Positions 63,701 to 64,000 of a stretch of 64,000 bases of DNA are shown piece after piece. Numbering within the stretch: the stretch's first letter is position 1; every line of letters begins with the position of its first letter. Source of the stretch: a virus; the IMG/VR virus record IMGVR_UViG_3300023179_000072, positions 1 through 64,000 of that record; one strand, written 5' to 3'. The notes beneath the pieces were generated by a model. The model saw only the letters and a list, made by a program, of their open reading frames with translations. It did no database searches and was not told where the DNA came from. Made by a program: the position numbers and the translations under genes.

Positions 63701-64000
63701 AAAGATGTGGTATAATTAGTTGAAATTATATCTAATAGAGTAGGAGTATTACTAGGCGTTATTGTAATTGTGGGTGTTCTGGTATTTGTTGGTGTTGTTC
63801 TTGGAGTGTGGGTATTCGTTGGCTCTATAAATGATGTACTTGTGGGAGTTAGTCCGGGAGTAGACGTACTTGTGGGAGTTAGTCCGGGAGTAGACGTACT
63901 TGTGGGAGTTAGTCCGGGAGTAGACGTACTTGTGGGAGTTGCAGTAGATGTTCTTGTTTGAGTTCTTGTATTTGTTGGTGTTCTTGTAGAAGTTTTAGTT
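60763..64000 (-). CDS. LamG repeat protein, 5' end beyond the window
   Basis: Frame stays open from the window edge through a Thr/Pro linker into three LamG modules and a DDDSG-type beta domain. Confidence 0.85.
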   Translation of the reverse strand, partial: TKTSTRTPTNTRTQTRTSTATPTSTSTPGLTPTSTSTPGLTPTSTSTPGLTPTSTSFIEPTNTHTPRTTPTNTRTPTITITPSNTPTLLDIISTNYTTSLLMHFDNINPDGTFIDSSINNFTVTPYGGVILDNNTKYLGSSSLYIPGVDNSYLLIQDSINLDLGLNNKPFTIELFINLEDNIDQFLVSKGASINQWNSINGIQYTLSIENENIYWRWLNSDNSYGEIFASVPSIQSWHHLAIVYDGNLTSLFIDGEIQTTSNGSYYSVSENAPLIIGKHPIAGYQYTLLGYIDELIINNNKAIYISNFTPRTTQLENYDPYNSNVSLLLHMNGINGTTTLYDSSLNNNIVNGINGASITNNLGKFEQSLDCSSSGKKAIVNNSSSILFRTNDFTIECWLYWTGSISGSYTWGSIASTATAPNTNGWRWILDTNNNNGLVWIDETSGPLNGNISIPSNEWTHIAVVRSSGVIKMYVNGIYCGGGSSSADINDGLPLAIGADNGNDGYILAYFDEFRITKGISRYDNDFIPPNNPFDNSDPNGIPASLLLHFEGQNNTNNFVDSSKYQLPITCYGNVKISEDENKFGLSSGYFEEKDYLLIDKNIVIDEKEDFTIEFWIYDTRPKDLYGGQPGIVFIGNHSLWLHDDYRGLFFFGNDNYILGGGHTITAQGYTWNHICLVRDSNIISMYLNGILLESTVYSSGFSGQVRIGNEFRGYIDDLRICKGVAVYTYNFIPSNSSLNQFVFRDSRKKQNIVSDLIAIESNNTIDINITLYNSLDFIHDNIDHYIVEYEMIEKINIYPCNAIQLSVNRSSCIPLTYNNIGYLDISGWIPPCANYSDNNSIWFYLIVPESGSVIIQGIGIIDGAMAVYSGSDCNNLNLITCDDDSGPGYQPLISLSDRTPGETLWIQYWKYGGGTGTFGICAFEEQIESTPTPTPSPSVSLTITPTKTSTPTPSNIPKGYRYLQYTSTSITESHHPRCSRIILTIDNIDVNVVVFTDDNCSDSGEIPGVGSSYTLDLGDGVIGLPTAAKIYSTYGDGVRGSNFTVSGSMDNITFTNIFIGNITSNGCGLITGNITTN
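63836..63940. repeat. 30-bp tandem repeat (3.5 copies) encoding a TSTPGLTPTS linker
   Basis: GTACTTGTGGGAGTTAGTCCGGGAGTAGAC x3 plus a partial copy. Confidence 0.95.

Larger units (their letters stand above)
1..64000 (-). other. Segment of a jumbo bacteriophage genome (probable Planctomycetota host)
   Basis: Densely packed, co-oriented small ORFs, tRNA cluster, free-standing HNH/GIY-YIG endonucleases, RNA ligase, DUF932, LamG/FN3 virion-type proteins; no cellular housekeeping operons. Confidence 0.9.

Noticed and set aside
53837-64000. Diversity-generating retroelement template/variable repeats
   Set aside because: Duplicated modules differ at all base types rather than specifically at adenines, and no reverse transcriptase is in the window.
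1-64000. Stop-codon recoding (alternative genetic code)
   Set aside because: Long genes are intact in code 11, all three stop codons end genes at sensible boundaries, and no suppressor tRNA was seen.

Overview
This window is a 64-kb segment of an AT-rich jumbo bacteriophage genome, with almost all genes on the minus strand. The host is most likely a Planctomycete, judged from a LEPRRLLA-type subtilase leader, a PEP-CTERM tail and a planctomycete-type IHF. 1-29.6 kb: dense small accessory genes (RNA ligase, Hsp20, DEDDh exonuclease, metallophosphoesterases, ASCH, NUDIX, orphan Xre/MbcA-type antitoxin domain, HNH endonucleases, several paralog families) and tRNA-Gly. 29.7-49.9 kb: a higher-GC early/host-takeover-like region built as cassettes. 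It holds 21 copies of a 76-bp element: two palindromic IHF-like boxes, 53 bp centre-to-centre. Each copy typically sits just after a stop codon and just upstream of a sigma70-type promoter. The five rightmost copies also carry perfect sigma54 (-24/-12) promoters, and the phage's own IHF/HU gene lies inside the array. The region also contains nine tRNAs (including Ile-UAU and a long-variable-arm Asn), a second 45-bp repeated motif, a bL12-like gene, DUF932, and a ~700-nt five-domain non-coding RNA candidate with a boxA-like leader and repeated CAAUACAA linkers. 50-64 kb: a GIY-YIG/His-Cys double nuclease, an S8 protease and large LamG/FN3 repeat proteins. One of these has captured a GC-rich LamG module between 64-bp direct repeats. 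All calls are by eye from the sequence; no database searches were run.
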